From: an uncultured Chthonomonadaceae bacterium | GTDB taxonomy: Bacteria; Armatimonadota; Chthonomonadetes; Chthonomonadales; Chthonomonadaceae | Assembly (NCBI GenBank): GCA_963835065.1 | Contig: CAWIEK010000049.1 | Span: forward strand, 288,001-352,000 | DNA: 64,000 nucleotides | Direction: 5' to 3' | Shown: positions 56,347 through 64,000 of the stretch, piece by piece | How the letters are laid out: every line of letters starts with the position of its first letter | Position numbering within the stretch: position 1 is the first letter of the stretch | Notes under the pieces: model-generated | What the model saw: the letters and a program-made list of their open reading frames with translations, nothing else | Told to the model about the DNA's origin: nothing | Database searches by the model: none | Translations under genes and position numbers: made by a program

Positions 56347-57216
56347 TCAAACATCATCCCGCAGCCCGGACTTCTGGCCTGCCTTCAAGTTATGGTCGTA
56401 AATCACTTCGCTCAACTTCAAATCTTTTAATTTTGGGTTCAAAGCCGTCAGGTCGTCCTGTGGGTCATATCCTACCAATTCACGCGCATCGGAAATATCC
56501 AGGCGGTTGAAACGGTTGTTGCTCAGGCCATGAAACACAGCAAATTGCAGGTTTTCCACATCAATGCACCGGTGAATCAATTGGTTCAGGTCCCGATTTG
56601 AAACAAAAGCATCCATCATGCCAATCGAATGTTCCCGTTCCGCCGCTTCAACCGGCTGAAACGCGCCGATGCGCAGCGCAATCACGGACAAGCCTTCCTG
56701 TTCCGCCATGTACCGCCCCAACGCCTCGCCGAACGCTTTCGTTACGCCATACACGTCACCGGGATTTACAGGCTCCGACGTTTTCACCTGCACATCGCCC
56801 CGTCCGCCCGACACCGCGTGAATGGAAGACGCGAAAATCAACTTCCGACAGCCCGCCGACTTTGCCGCCGCCATGATGTTGTACACGCCCACCACGTTCG
56901 GTTCCAGCAACTCCTGCCACGTCGCGCTTGCGTTGGGATTGCCCGCCATGTGAACAACCGTGTCTATTCCCTGACAAAACTGCTTCAGCTTATCCAGTTC
57001 CGCCAATTCCCCGACAACAATCTCCCCCAAGCCTTCAATATCCTTCTCATCCCCGGCCTTCTGCACCATCAGGCGCAAATCATACTTGCCCTGCGCATGA
57101 CGGGCAAAATACGAGCCGATACGTCCCGCCGCGCCCGTCACCAGTACGCGCCGCTTTACACCCTCGTCCGTTTTCGCCAACGCCCCCACGCCCGTACTCA
57201 AAAATGATCGCGTCAT
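56347..57216 (-). CDS. NAD-dependent epimerase/dehydratase (uronate dehydrogenase-like)
   Basis: TGAAGRIG, FASSIH, YGVTK, LRIG. Confidence 0.9.
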   Translation of the reverse strand: MTRSFLSTGVGALAKTDEGVKRRVLVTGAAGRIGSYFARHAQGKYDLRLMVQKAGDEKDIEGLGEIVVGELAELDKLKQFCQGIDTVVHMAGNPNASATWQELLEPNVVGVYNIMAAAKSAGCRKLIFASSIHAVSGGRGDVQVKTSEPVNPGDVYGVTKAFGEALGRYMAEQEGLSVIALRIGAFQPVEAAEREHSIGMMDAFVSNRDLNQLIHRCIDVENLQFAVFHGLSNNRFNRLDISDARELVGYDPQDDLTALNPKLKDLKLSEVIYDHNLKAGQKSGLRDDV

Positions 57217-57340
57217 ATTCAGTCCTCAAAGAGAATTTAGCCGCGAATACACGCGGCTAAACGCAAATAGCCCCAAACCTATATCAGACAAGTGGCTGCT
57301 TTATTTCCAGCAGAGACTATTCTGCCACCAAGCCTGCGAA

Positions 57341-58273
57341 TTATTCCAATCGGCCACTACTGGCTTCGAGCCATGGGTACTCTGCGACGGCCTTCATTTT
57401 TTCTAAACCTGTGCGGGCCACAAGGCGCGGGTCTTGCGCGTAATAGTTCGCGTTGAACAGTTCCAACGACAACACGCCGTCAAAACCGATATGCTGCAAG
57501 ATGGGTATGATTTCCGCCCAGGGCGCAATGCCATCGCCGGGATAGATGCGGTCGGCATCGGTAATGGCAATGGGCGCAATGTCGGGAAAATCGTTGACGT
57601 GGAAGACGGGAATAGCGGACGGGCGCAGCAGGTTCAGCCCCGCATAGCCCGACCCGCCCTTGTACAGATGGTACACATCCGGCAGAATACACGCTTCGGG
57701 ATGCCCTGACTCGATGGCGACAAAGGCCGCTTCGCCCAACTTCTGCAAGGTTTGCGAAAAGCCCCACACTTCCACCTGCGGCACAACTCCAAACTCCGAA
57801 CCTATGTCCAACAAAGCGCGGTACCGTTCCGCCGCCAGCCACAAATCAATGTCGTTGCGCTCCGTCGCCTTGAACGCGGGCGCAGCCAGGCGCTTGCCGC
57901 CAATTGCCGCCAACAACTCCATGTTGCGCCGCGCTTCTTCCAGCGCCGCCTTGCGCTCCTCGGCGTCATCCACAATCCACGCAAAAAAGCCAATCGCGCC
58001 TTCCACGCTCAGGCCGCTGTCTTCCAGCCGCCTGCGCAAATCCGGCAGCGAACCGCCCTCCGCCACATAGCGGTCAATCTCATCAATCCACGGCTCAATC
58101 GCCTGATACCCCGCCTGCGCCGTAATATCGATCACTTCGGTCAGCGGCAGTTTATGCCCCCGCAGCGTACTGGTATTCAAACCATAGCGAAATGTAGAGG
58201 TCCTTGAAACCAATGGCTTTATCCTTATCAAAAGAGAATAGAACACCCGCTCTACGCAAACCACACGCCTCAC
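57341..58273 (-). CDS. Sugar phosphate isomerase/epimerase family protein
   Basis: LNTSTL, AGYQAIEPW, DVYHLYKG, FHVND, RIYPGDG, LSLELFN. Start probably near 58213. Confidence 0.9.
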   Translation of the reverse strand: MRRVVCVERVFYSLLIRIKPLVSRTSTFRYGLNTSTLRGHKLPLTEVIDITAQAGYQAIEPWIDEIDRYVAEGGSLPDLRRRLEDSGLSVEGAIGFFAWIVDDAEERKAALEEARRNMELLAAIGGKRLAAPAFKATERNDIDLWLAAERYRALLDIGSEFGVVPQVEVWGFSQTLQKLGEAAFVAIESGHPEACILPDVYHLYKGGSGYAGLNLLRPSAIPVFHVNDFPDIAPIAITDADRIYPGDGIAPWAEIIPILQHIGFDGVLSLELFNANYYAQDPRLVARTGLEKMKAVAEYPWLEASSGRLE

Positions 58274-58770
58274 CTATCGCCGGTATCCTGCCTCAAACGC
58301 TCCGCTAATTCGCGTAATTCTCTTACGGACACATTCACATCATCAAGCATTTGCTCAAGATGCTGAATACGCTCCTGCCATAGCCGTTCTTCCTGATGCG
58401 TCAATCTGTGTTCCACGAGTTGAGACCGATTCAAGCGCAGCTTGCGGATATGAAACAAGCCGGTGACGTTCAAAGCCTGAAGGCGTCCATAATCGTCCTC
58501 CCGGAAATGCAGGTTCACATCATCCAAAAGCGGATGCAGTAAACGGTGTTCTGGCGCGGAAGTGGACAAGTCAGGAAAGAAATCACTCTTGAACTGATTG
58601 CATCGGTTACAGGCATAGACGAGATTATCGTCGCTGTCGTCACCATTTCTGGACACAGGGCGAAAATGGTCAATCGTTAATTCACCCCCGCTACTGGTTT
58701 CGGATACGCCGCAATAGCCGCAGCGAAAGTCGTAGCGTTGCCGTACTTGATCTTGTTTCGGGTGTGCCAT
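58270..58770 (-). CDS. HNH endonuclease
   Basis: RCGYCG, TIDHFRP, NLVYACNRCNQFK, LLHP, LRLNR. Confidence 0.92.
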   Translation of the reverse strand: MAHPKQDQVRQRYDFRCGYCGVSETSSGGELTIDHFRPVSRNGDDSDDNLVYACNRCNQFKSDFFPDLSTSAPEHRLLHPLLDDVNLHFREDDYGRLQALNVTGLFHIRKLRLNRSQLVEHRLTHQEERLWQERIQHLEQMLDDVNVSVRELRELAERLRQDTGDR

Positions 58771-59066
58771 CAGCTGGTAGCAAGGCCAAGCCGGCGGCGG
58801 GTCGGTTCACTCAGACGGGCTTCCGTTTCCGCGATCTGTGCCCGCAGCGCGGCGGATTCTGACTGCGCGCGGGCAATCTGCGCGTCCAGTTCCTTCGCTT
58901 TGGCATGAATAGCCTGTAGAGTATTCAGGCTTCCCGGCAAAATCTCTTCGGCGTCCAGTTCGGCACAGCCCGCCTCATACATTCCCTGCTCTTCCGACGT
59001 CAGCGTTTCGCCTAGCGCCCATCGGTCATGCAGTGCCTGCCATTGTTGATACGCTGTCTCGTTCAT
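58770..59066 (-). CDS. Small hypothetical protein coupled to the HNH gene (possible antitoxin)
   Basis: TGATG overlap with the HNH gene; helical/coiled-coil 98 aa. Confidence 0.7.
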   Translation of the reverse strand: MNETAYQQWQALHDRWALGETLTSEEQGMYEAGCAELDAEEILPGSLNTLQAIHAKAKELDAQIARAQSESAALRAQIAETEARLSEPTRRRLGLATS

Positions 59067-59109
59067 CGTTTGCGCCTTCTAAATATTTGTGGCTGACGCT
59101 TGACGCTTT

Positions 59110-59664
59110 TCAGTCACCGCCTTTGATATTGGCTCTGATACGGCTTAAGTCTAATCTATCAAAGTATTTTGCAGGATCATTGATACCTTGCAATGCCATC
59201 ATTATCCATTCTGCCTTTACCTCGCCGTCGCTCAGTAAATACTCTTCCACGATGATAGCATCAGGAATTTGCAGTATTTTCAACAATGCAGCAATCACAA
59301 CTCCTGTTCTGTCCTTTCCTGAAGTGCAATGCACAAGAACCGGATAAGCCAGGTAGATATCTTCAAAAACGCTTATTACATTCCTTAACCACTGCCTGAC
59401 TTGCCGGTTCGTGGTTTCGTATTTTTCATAGTCATTTGAGATAGGAAAATGGAGCATACGAGCGTCAAATGTCTTTGCATCCTCACCTTTTCGTAAATTT
59501 ATGATTGTTTTGGGCAAACCAATTTGTTCGGCACTATCAACAAATTCCAGTTTGCCGCCTCGATACAGTTTTCCTGATGGCAGTAAGGTTTGGGAGGAGA
59601 GAAGGTTGACAAACTCCCCAACATCACGAAAATTGACACATCCTTGTGAGTAATCGAGCGACAT
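59110..59664 (-). CDS. Tyrosine-protein phosphatase (IphP-like)
   Basis: NFRDVG, LYRG, VHCTSGKDRTG, EYLLS; AT-richer than the flanks. Confidence 0.9.
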   Translation of the reverse strand: MSLDYSQGCVNFRDVGEFVNLLSSQTLLPSGKLYRGGKLEFVDSAEQIGLPKTIINLRKGEDAKTFDARMLHFPISNDYEKYETTNRQVRQWLRNVISVFEDIYLAYPVLVHCTSGKDRTGVVIAALLKILQIPDAIIVEEYLLSDGEVKAEWIMMALQGINDPAKYFDRLDLSRIRANIKGGD

Positions 59665-59692
59665 AAGTTGACTTTAGCTTCAGTCCCTTTTT

Positions 59693-59821
59693 CTATTCAT
59701 TCGCGTGTTTCACAGAAACGCTATCCGCAAGAAAAACACAGGCTTCATTGATGTCCCGCGTGGCATGTTCATAAACGCAAATGGCATAGCGGCGTGGCTC
59801 GTCCGCTTCTTGTGAGTTCAC
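59693..59821 (-). pseudogene. Truncated ParE/RelE-type toxin remnant
   Basis: GTGA-coupled 42-aa ORF ...RYAICVYEHATRDINEACVFLADSVSVKHANE*, with TAG where Trp is typical; the remainder is missing. Confidence 0.45.
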
Positions 59822-59994
59822 CGACTTGCCGCCTTAAGACCTTCGGCTTGCAAGGCGTCGAGGCACTCCCACACTTCATCGAGACTGTAGGTTTTGCCTC
59901 CCGCTTCAATATCGTCTAGTCGGGTATTGATAATTTCGATCCACTCCGCTTTGTCTTGCTGTTCCGCCTCAATGGTGTCCACAATCTTAAACAT
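59818..59994 (-). CDS. Putative addiction-module antitoxin component
   Basis: 58 aa, read manually: MFKIVD...EWIEIINTRLDDIEAGGKTYSLDEVWE; AAGGGA RBS. Confidence 0.6.
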   Translation of the reverse strand: MFKIVDTIEAEQQDKAEWIEIINTRLDDIEAGGKTYSLDEVWECLDALQAEGLKAASR

Positions 59995-60030
59995 GGTTCT
60001 TTCCCTTGTTTGACAAACCAGTATGTAAAA

Positions 60031-60285
60031 TCAAGGCTTATTCCGGCGCGGCAACGTTTTAATCTCGCCCAACGCAATCACATTCCCCGACGCAGACGTT
60101 CCGACCACCTTGCCGCCCGTCTTCTTTCCCGCATTGCCCTGTTCCGCAAACGCGCACTTGCTGCACCCGCCGCCACAGCCACTCTTGCTGGCAAAAAACG
60201 ACTTTGCCGACGCGACAAACTGCCGCCCAAGATAAATCAGGGCGGTCCCTACAATCGCCAATGCTATGAGTTTCTGAACGTCCAT
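60031..60285 (-). CDS. FeoB-associated Cys-rich small membrane protein
   Basis: TM helix then GCGGGCSKC, directly downstream of feoB. Confidence 0.85.
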   Translation of the reverse strand: MDVQKLIALAIVGTALIYLGRQFVASAKSFFASKSGCGGGCSKCAFAEQGNAGKKTGGKVVGTSASGNVIALGEIKTLPRRNKP

Positions 60286-60290
60286 AATCA

Positions 60291-60330
60291 TCAATCCAAA
60301 ATCGGAAATCGCCAATCGGAAATCGTCAAT
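60291..60330. repeat. AATCG(G/C)(A/C) heptamer array
   Basis: aatccaa-aatcgga-aatcgcc-aatcgga-aatcgtc directly after the feoB stop. Confidence 0.75.
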
Positions 60331-62475
60331 TTAAAATCCCAACGCCCGTCCCGCATGGTAAACGAAAAACGTCACCAGCCAGGCCAGCAGCGACATATAG
60401 CCTATCTGGAACAGCGGCCACTTCCAGCCGTTTGTTTCCCGGCGCACAACCGCCACCGTTGACATACACTGCATCGCCAGCACGTAGTACACCATCAGGC
60501 ACACGGCTACAAGCGGTGAAAACAGCAGTTGTCCCGTCCGCTCGTCCCGGTCTTCCGCCATTTTCTTGCCCAATTCCGCCTGCCCCTGCTCTTCCGCGTC
60601 ACTTACATTATAAACCGTGCCCATCGTGGACACGAACACCTCGCGGGCAATAAACGACGACGCGATGCCCACGCCCATTTTCCAGTCAAAACCGAGCGGA
60701 CGAATGGCCGGTTCGATCACATGCCCGATCTGCCCGATATACGATTTCGCCAGCGCCTGATCGTCGCTCATGCCCGGATGTTTCGGGTACGTGGACAAAA
60801 ACCAGACCACAACCGAAACCGCCAGAATGATCGTCCACGCGCGTTTCACGAACAGACTCGCCCGTTCCGCCATTTGCAGCACGGCTGTGCGTACGGACGG
60901 CAAGCGATATGGCGGCAGTTCCATTAAAAACGTCGGCGCGACGCCTTTGAGCAGGGTGCGATGAAACAGCCACGCCATGCAAAAGGCGGCAATCATGCCT
61001 AAAAAGTACATCGCCACAAACGTCACGCCCGGCAGCGTCAGCAATGTGAGATGCCCGATCCGCAATACGGGACGATTGGGAATAAACGCGCTGGTCATCA
61101 GCAAATAAACGGGCAGACGGGCGGAACACGACATCAGGGGCGCAACCAGAATGGTAATCAAACGCGCTTTGCGGTCGCCAATCGTGCGCGTCGCCATAAT
61201 GCCCGGTATCGCGCAGGCAAAGGACGACAGCAGGGGGATAAAACTCTTGCCGTGCAGTCCCACCTTGCTCATCAGCCGATCCATCAGAAACGCGGCGCGA
61301 GCCATGTACCCGGTATCTTCCAGCAGGCTGATGAAAAAGAACAGAAGTAGAATTTGCGGCAGAAACGCAAGGGTCGTACCCACGCCGCCCAAAATGCCCG
61401 CGTCAATCAGGCCGCGCAAATCGCCGGGGGGCATGTGCTTGGTGAGCAGCCCGCCCAGTTTGCCGATGCCGTCTTTAATCCAACTCGCCGGCCCTTGCCC
61501 AATCGAAAAAATCGCTTGAAATACAACGGTCATCACGATCACGAACAGCGCGTAGCCCCAAAACGGGTGCATCACCACTTTGTCAACGCGCTGATTGGTC
61601 GAAATCGGACGGCGCTGCGCGGGAGCAGTTTCCTGCGTTACGCCTTTACAAACGCGATTGATCCACGCATACCGCGCATCAATGGCCTGCGCCGCGAAAT
61701 CTATGCCGTCCGCAAGCATTTGCCGGTGCGTGGCTTTTACCAATTCCTGCGTTGTCGGCGCGAGATGATCTGTCGGCTGCAATTCGCTTTCCTGCATCAG
61801 CAGCGTCACGGCTTCGGCAAACGCGGCGCGGGGCGATTGGTGGTGTTCCCGCTCCAATTCGCTTTGCAGCGCGGCAATTTCTTCAACAATGTCTTTGGGA
61901 ACGTCCCATGCGGGCGGAGGCGGAGGCATGTCGGCGCTTGTGCGCAGGGTTGCCAGCAGCGCGTCCAACCCCTGCTTGCGCGAAGCAATGACACTGCAAA
62001 CCGGAACGCCAAGATTACGCGCCAACACGTCTGCATTTACGGTTGTGCCCGCTTTGTCCAGCGTGTCCGTCATGGTCAGCGCGACCACAACCGGCAGCCC
62101 TATGTCCAACAATTGACTGGAAATATACAGATTGCGTTCGAGGTTGGAGGCATCTACGACGTTGAGGATCACGTCGGGGCGGGGCGTATCATCGCGCAAG
62201 CCCATCAGCACTTCGCGGGCGATCACTTCATCGGGAGAATGGGGAGTCAGGGAATACAGGCCGGGGAGGTCCAGCAGACGAGCGACGCTCCCATCGGGCA
62301 GGGTTACACGCCCTTCTTTCTTCTCAACGGTCACGCCTGGATAATTGCCGACCTTCTGGCGCAGGCCGGTCAGCGCGTTAAACAGCGTGGTTTTGCCGCA
62401 GTTCGGATTGCCGACCAGCGCCACCGTCAGCATGGACGCAGCCACCGCGCTGTCCCGTTCTACCGCGCTCGTCAT
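60331..62475 (-). CDS. feoB: Ferrous iron transport protein B
   Basis: GNPNCGKT, NYPGVTVE, DLPGLYSL, EDTGYMAR, MSCSARLP, FLMELP. Confidence 0.97.
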   Translation of the reverse strand: MTSAVERDSAVAASMLTVALVGNPNCGKTTLFNALTGLRQKVGNYPGVTVEKKEGRVTLPDGSVARLLDLPGLYSLTPHSPDEVIAREVLMGLRDDTPRPDVILNVVDASNLERNLYISSQLLDIGLPVVVALTMTDTLDKAGTTVNADVLARNLGVPVCSVIASRKQGLDALLATLRTSADMPPPPPAWDVPKDIVEEIAALQSELEREHHQSPRAAFAEAVTLLMQESELQPTDHLAPTTQELVKATHRQMLADGIDFAAQAIDARYAWINRVCKGVTQETAPAQRRPISTNQRVDKVVMHPFWGYALFVIVMTVVFQAIFSIGQGPASWIKDGIGKLGGLLTKHMPPGDLRGLIDAGILGGVGTTLAFLPQILLLFFFISLLEDTGYMARAAFLMDRLMSKVGLHGKSFIPLLSSFACAIPGIMATRTIGDRKARLITILVAPLMSCSARLPVYLLMTSAFIPNRPVLRIGHLTLLTLPGVTFVAMYFLGMIAAFCMAWLFHRTLLKGVAPTFLMELPPYRLPSVRTAVLQMAERASLFVKRAWTIILAVSVVVWFLSTYPKHPGMSDDQALAKSYIGQIGHVIEPAIRPLGFDWKMGVGIASSFIAREVFVSTMGTVYNVSDAEEQGQAELGKKMAEDRDERTGQLLFSPLVAVCLMVYYVLAMQCMSTVAVVRRETNGWKWPLFQIGYMSLLAWLVTFFVYHAGRALGF

Positions 62476-62996
62476 TACCGTTCGTCCTGCTTCACGCTTG
62501 CATTCTTCACGTGTTCAATGCTTACATCTTTGATGAGCGCGGTTTCGCTTGCGGCGAATTTGGAAAAATCAAAATCCGCGTCTTCCGCTTCCTCAAACGC
62601 TGTCGGCGCATCACCAAGCCACACAAGCGCCGCTTCCTCGCGCCGCAGCGACAACTGGTAATTGCGCACTTCCACGTCCAATGGCCCGCCGAACGCCGCC
62701 GCGCGCACCACCTGCACATGCGTACCCGGCGTCATGCCCATTTCCAGCAGGCGCAAGCGTCCCTGCGCGCTGCCGCACAAACGGCTGATATACCCGCACT
62801 CGCCCGGCTGCAAATCGGCCAGCGTCAGGCCGTCGCGTGTCAAGGAACCACGCCGGGGCGCAGCTTCGGTATCCAATGCCGATTGCGCGTTCGCGCCGAA
62901 CTGCCCGGCCAGGCTCAAATCCTGCTTCCGCTTGCGTTCCAGCAGGGTCGCAAACCAGCAGCCCAGCGTTTTTTTAGATGAAGGTTGCATAAGCAA
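62475..62996 (-). CDS. feoA: Ferrous iron transport protein A (extended N- and C-termini)
   Basis: LADLQPGE, RLLEMGMTPG, GGPL, LSLRREEA. Start uncertain. Confidence 0.9.
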   Translation of the reverse strand: MLMQPSSKKTLGCWFATLLERKRKQDLSLAGQFGANAQSALDTEAAPRRGSLTRDGLTLADLQPGECGYISRLCGSAQGRLRLLEMGMTPGTHVQVVRAAAFGGPLDVEVRNYQLSLRREEAALVWLGDAPTAFEEAEDADFDFSKFAASETALIKDVSIEHVKNASVKQDER

Positions 62997-63116
62997 ACAG
63001 TGTCCTCAATCGCGCATTCTTCGCGCGTTTCCTACTGCTGCATCTTGTGACGTAACTATCTGCGGAAAGTTTCAATCTCAACTTACCGGTTTCACCAACT
63101 ACCAGCCACCAACCAC

Positions 63117-63860
63117 TTACCCTCGCGCAAAAACCCAGATGCTGTTGGCGACATCCCGCCCGATAGCAATCGGCGCAGCCTGCCCGAAAACATCCAGCGT
63201 CATCACATCGCCAAATGGCGTTCGCGCTTTTAGAATAAGGGGCGTACCGGGCATCAGGCCAATATCCATTACATAACTCAGAAATTCCAGTCGCTCATCG
63301 GAGATTTTCGCAACCGTCAACTCACTGCCCACTTCACACTCCGCCAATCGCCGCGAACCATCCTTGAAAGTAGCGTCAATCGGGTTTCCGTGTGGGCAGG
63401 TCGTCGGGTAATTCATGGCATGGGCAATACGGTCTGCCACGGATTCGCTGATAAAATGTTCCAGTTTGCAGGCCAGTTCGTGAACGTCTTCCCACGGCAG
63501 TTCCAGAAAATCTACCAGCATGCGCTCCACAAGCCGATGCTTGCGCAGCAATCCAATGGAAAGCGTTTCGCCCTTCGGCGTCAGGCGCACACCCTTGTAC
63601 GGCGTGTGTTCCACCAGCGCCAATTCCGACAATTTTTTCAGCATCGTGGTCACGGAAGCGGGCGCGACATTCATATACTTGGCAATATCACCCGTGCCCA
63701 CCACTTCGAGTTCTTCCTGCAGGCGATAAATGCCTTCGGTGTACTCTTCGACGGTTTCTTTTTCTTCCTGCCGCTCCCGGTCGCACGTCGCAGGCCGACA
63801 ACTCGCCGGAACCCGCAACAGCACTTCTCTGGCTTCTTTTTTCGCTTCCTTAACAGGCAC
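63117..63860 (-). CDS. DtxR/MntR family metal-dependent transcriptional regulator
   Basis: EEYTEGIYRL, SVTTMLKKL, RKHRLVE, CKLEH, CPHGNPI, C-terminal FeoA-like domain. Confidence 0.93.
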   Translation of the reverse strand: MPVKEAKKEAREVLLRVPASCRPATCDRERQEEKETVEEYTEGIYRLQEELEVVGTGDIAKYMNVAPASVTTMLKKLSELALVEHTPYKGVRLTPKGETLSIGLLRKHRLVERMLVDFLELPWEDVHELACKLEHFISESVADRIAHAMNYPTTCPHGNPIDATFKDGSRRLAECEVGSELTVAKISDERLEFLSYVMDIGLMPGTPLILKARTPFGDVMTLDVFGQAAPIAIGRDVANSIWVFARG

Positions 63861-64000
63861 GGCGTTCTTCCTTATACAAAATACAATCGGTTTCAGCCTC
63901 GATTGCGAAATCCTTCGCCGGACACTTTAGCGGCTTCCTCTATTGTATCATTAAATTACGCCTGGCGTCCATGTTTTTGCGCCTACAACCAAAAATAAAT

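Overview
Bacterial chromosomal window, GC-rich and gene-dense. The gene repertoire suggests Armatimonadota or a similar Terrabacteria-group lineage, but this is inference only. Housekeeping genes include rho, hpt, guaA, kdsC, miaA-hfq-dapF, selB, metH, mutL, fpg/nei, nth and dtxR-feoA-feoB. A 23S-5S rRNA unit has its own tandem promoters and boxA and lacks 16S and tRNA genes. The most striking features are: (1) an extended ECF-like sigma factor translationally coupled to a protein fusing two zinc-binding anti-sigma (HxxxCxxC) domains to a complete DAACS transporter with a degenerate Na1 site, followed by an intact DAACS paralogue, suggesting a 'transporter-as-sensor' anti-sigma system; (2) many short 7-9-nt tandem-repeat arrays, often in inverted pairs, inserted between genes, in frame in proteins (MetH, a GT-C protein, an FGGY kinase) and at three sites in the 23S rRNA; (3) two copies of a composite element made of an identical 16-mer, a perfect 38-40-bp palindrome and a GC hairpin, conserved in architecture but not in arm sequence; (4) a RelE-like/Shedu (DUF4263) gene pair and an HNH/toxin-antitoxin remnant islet. 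Several genes carry small frameshifts that may be assembly indel errors. All calls come from reading the sequence; no database searches were run.
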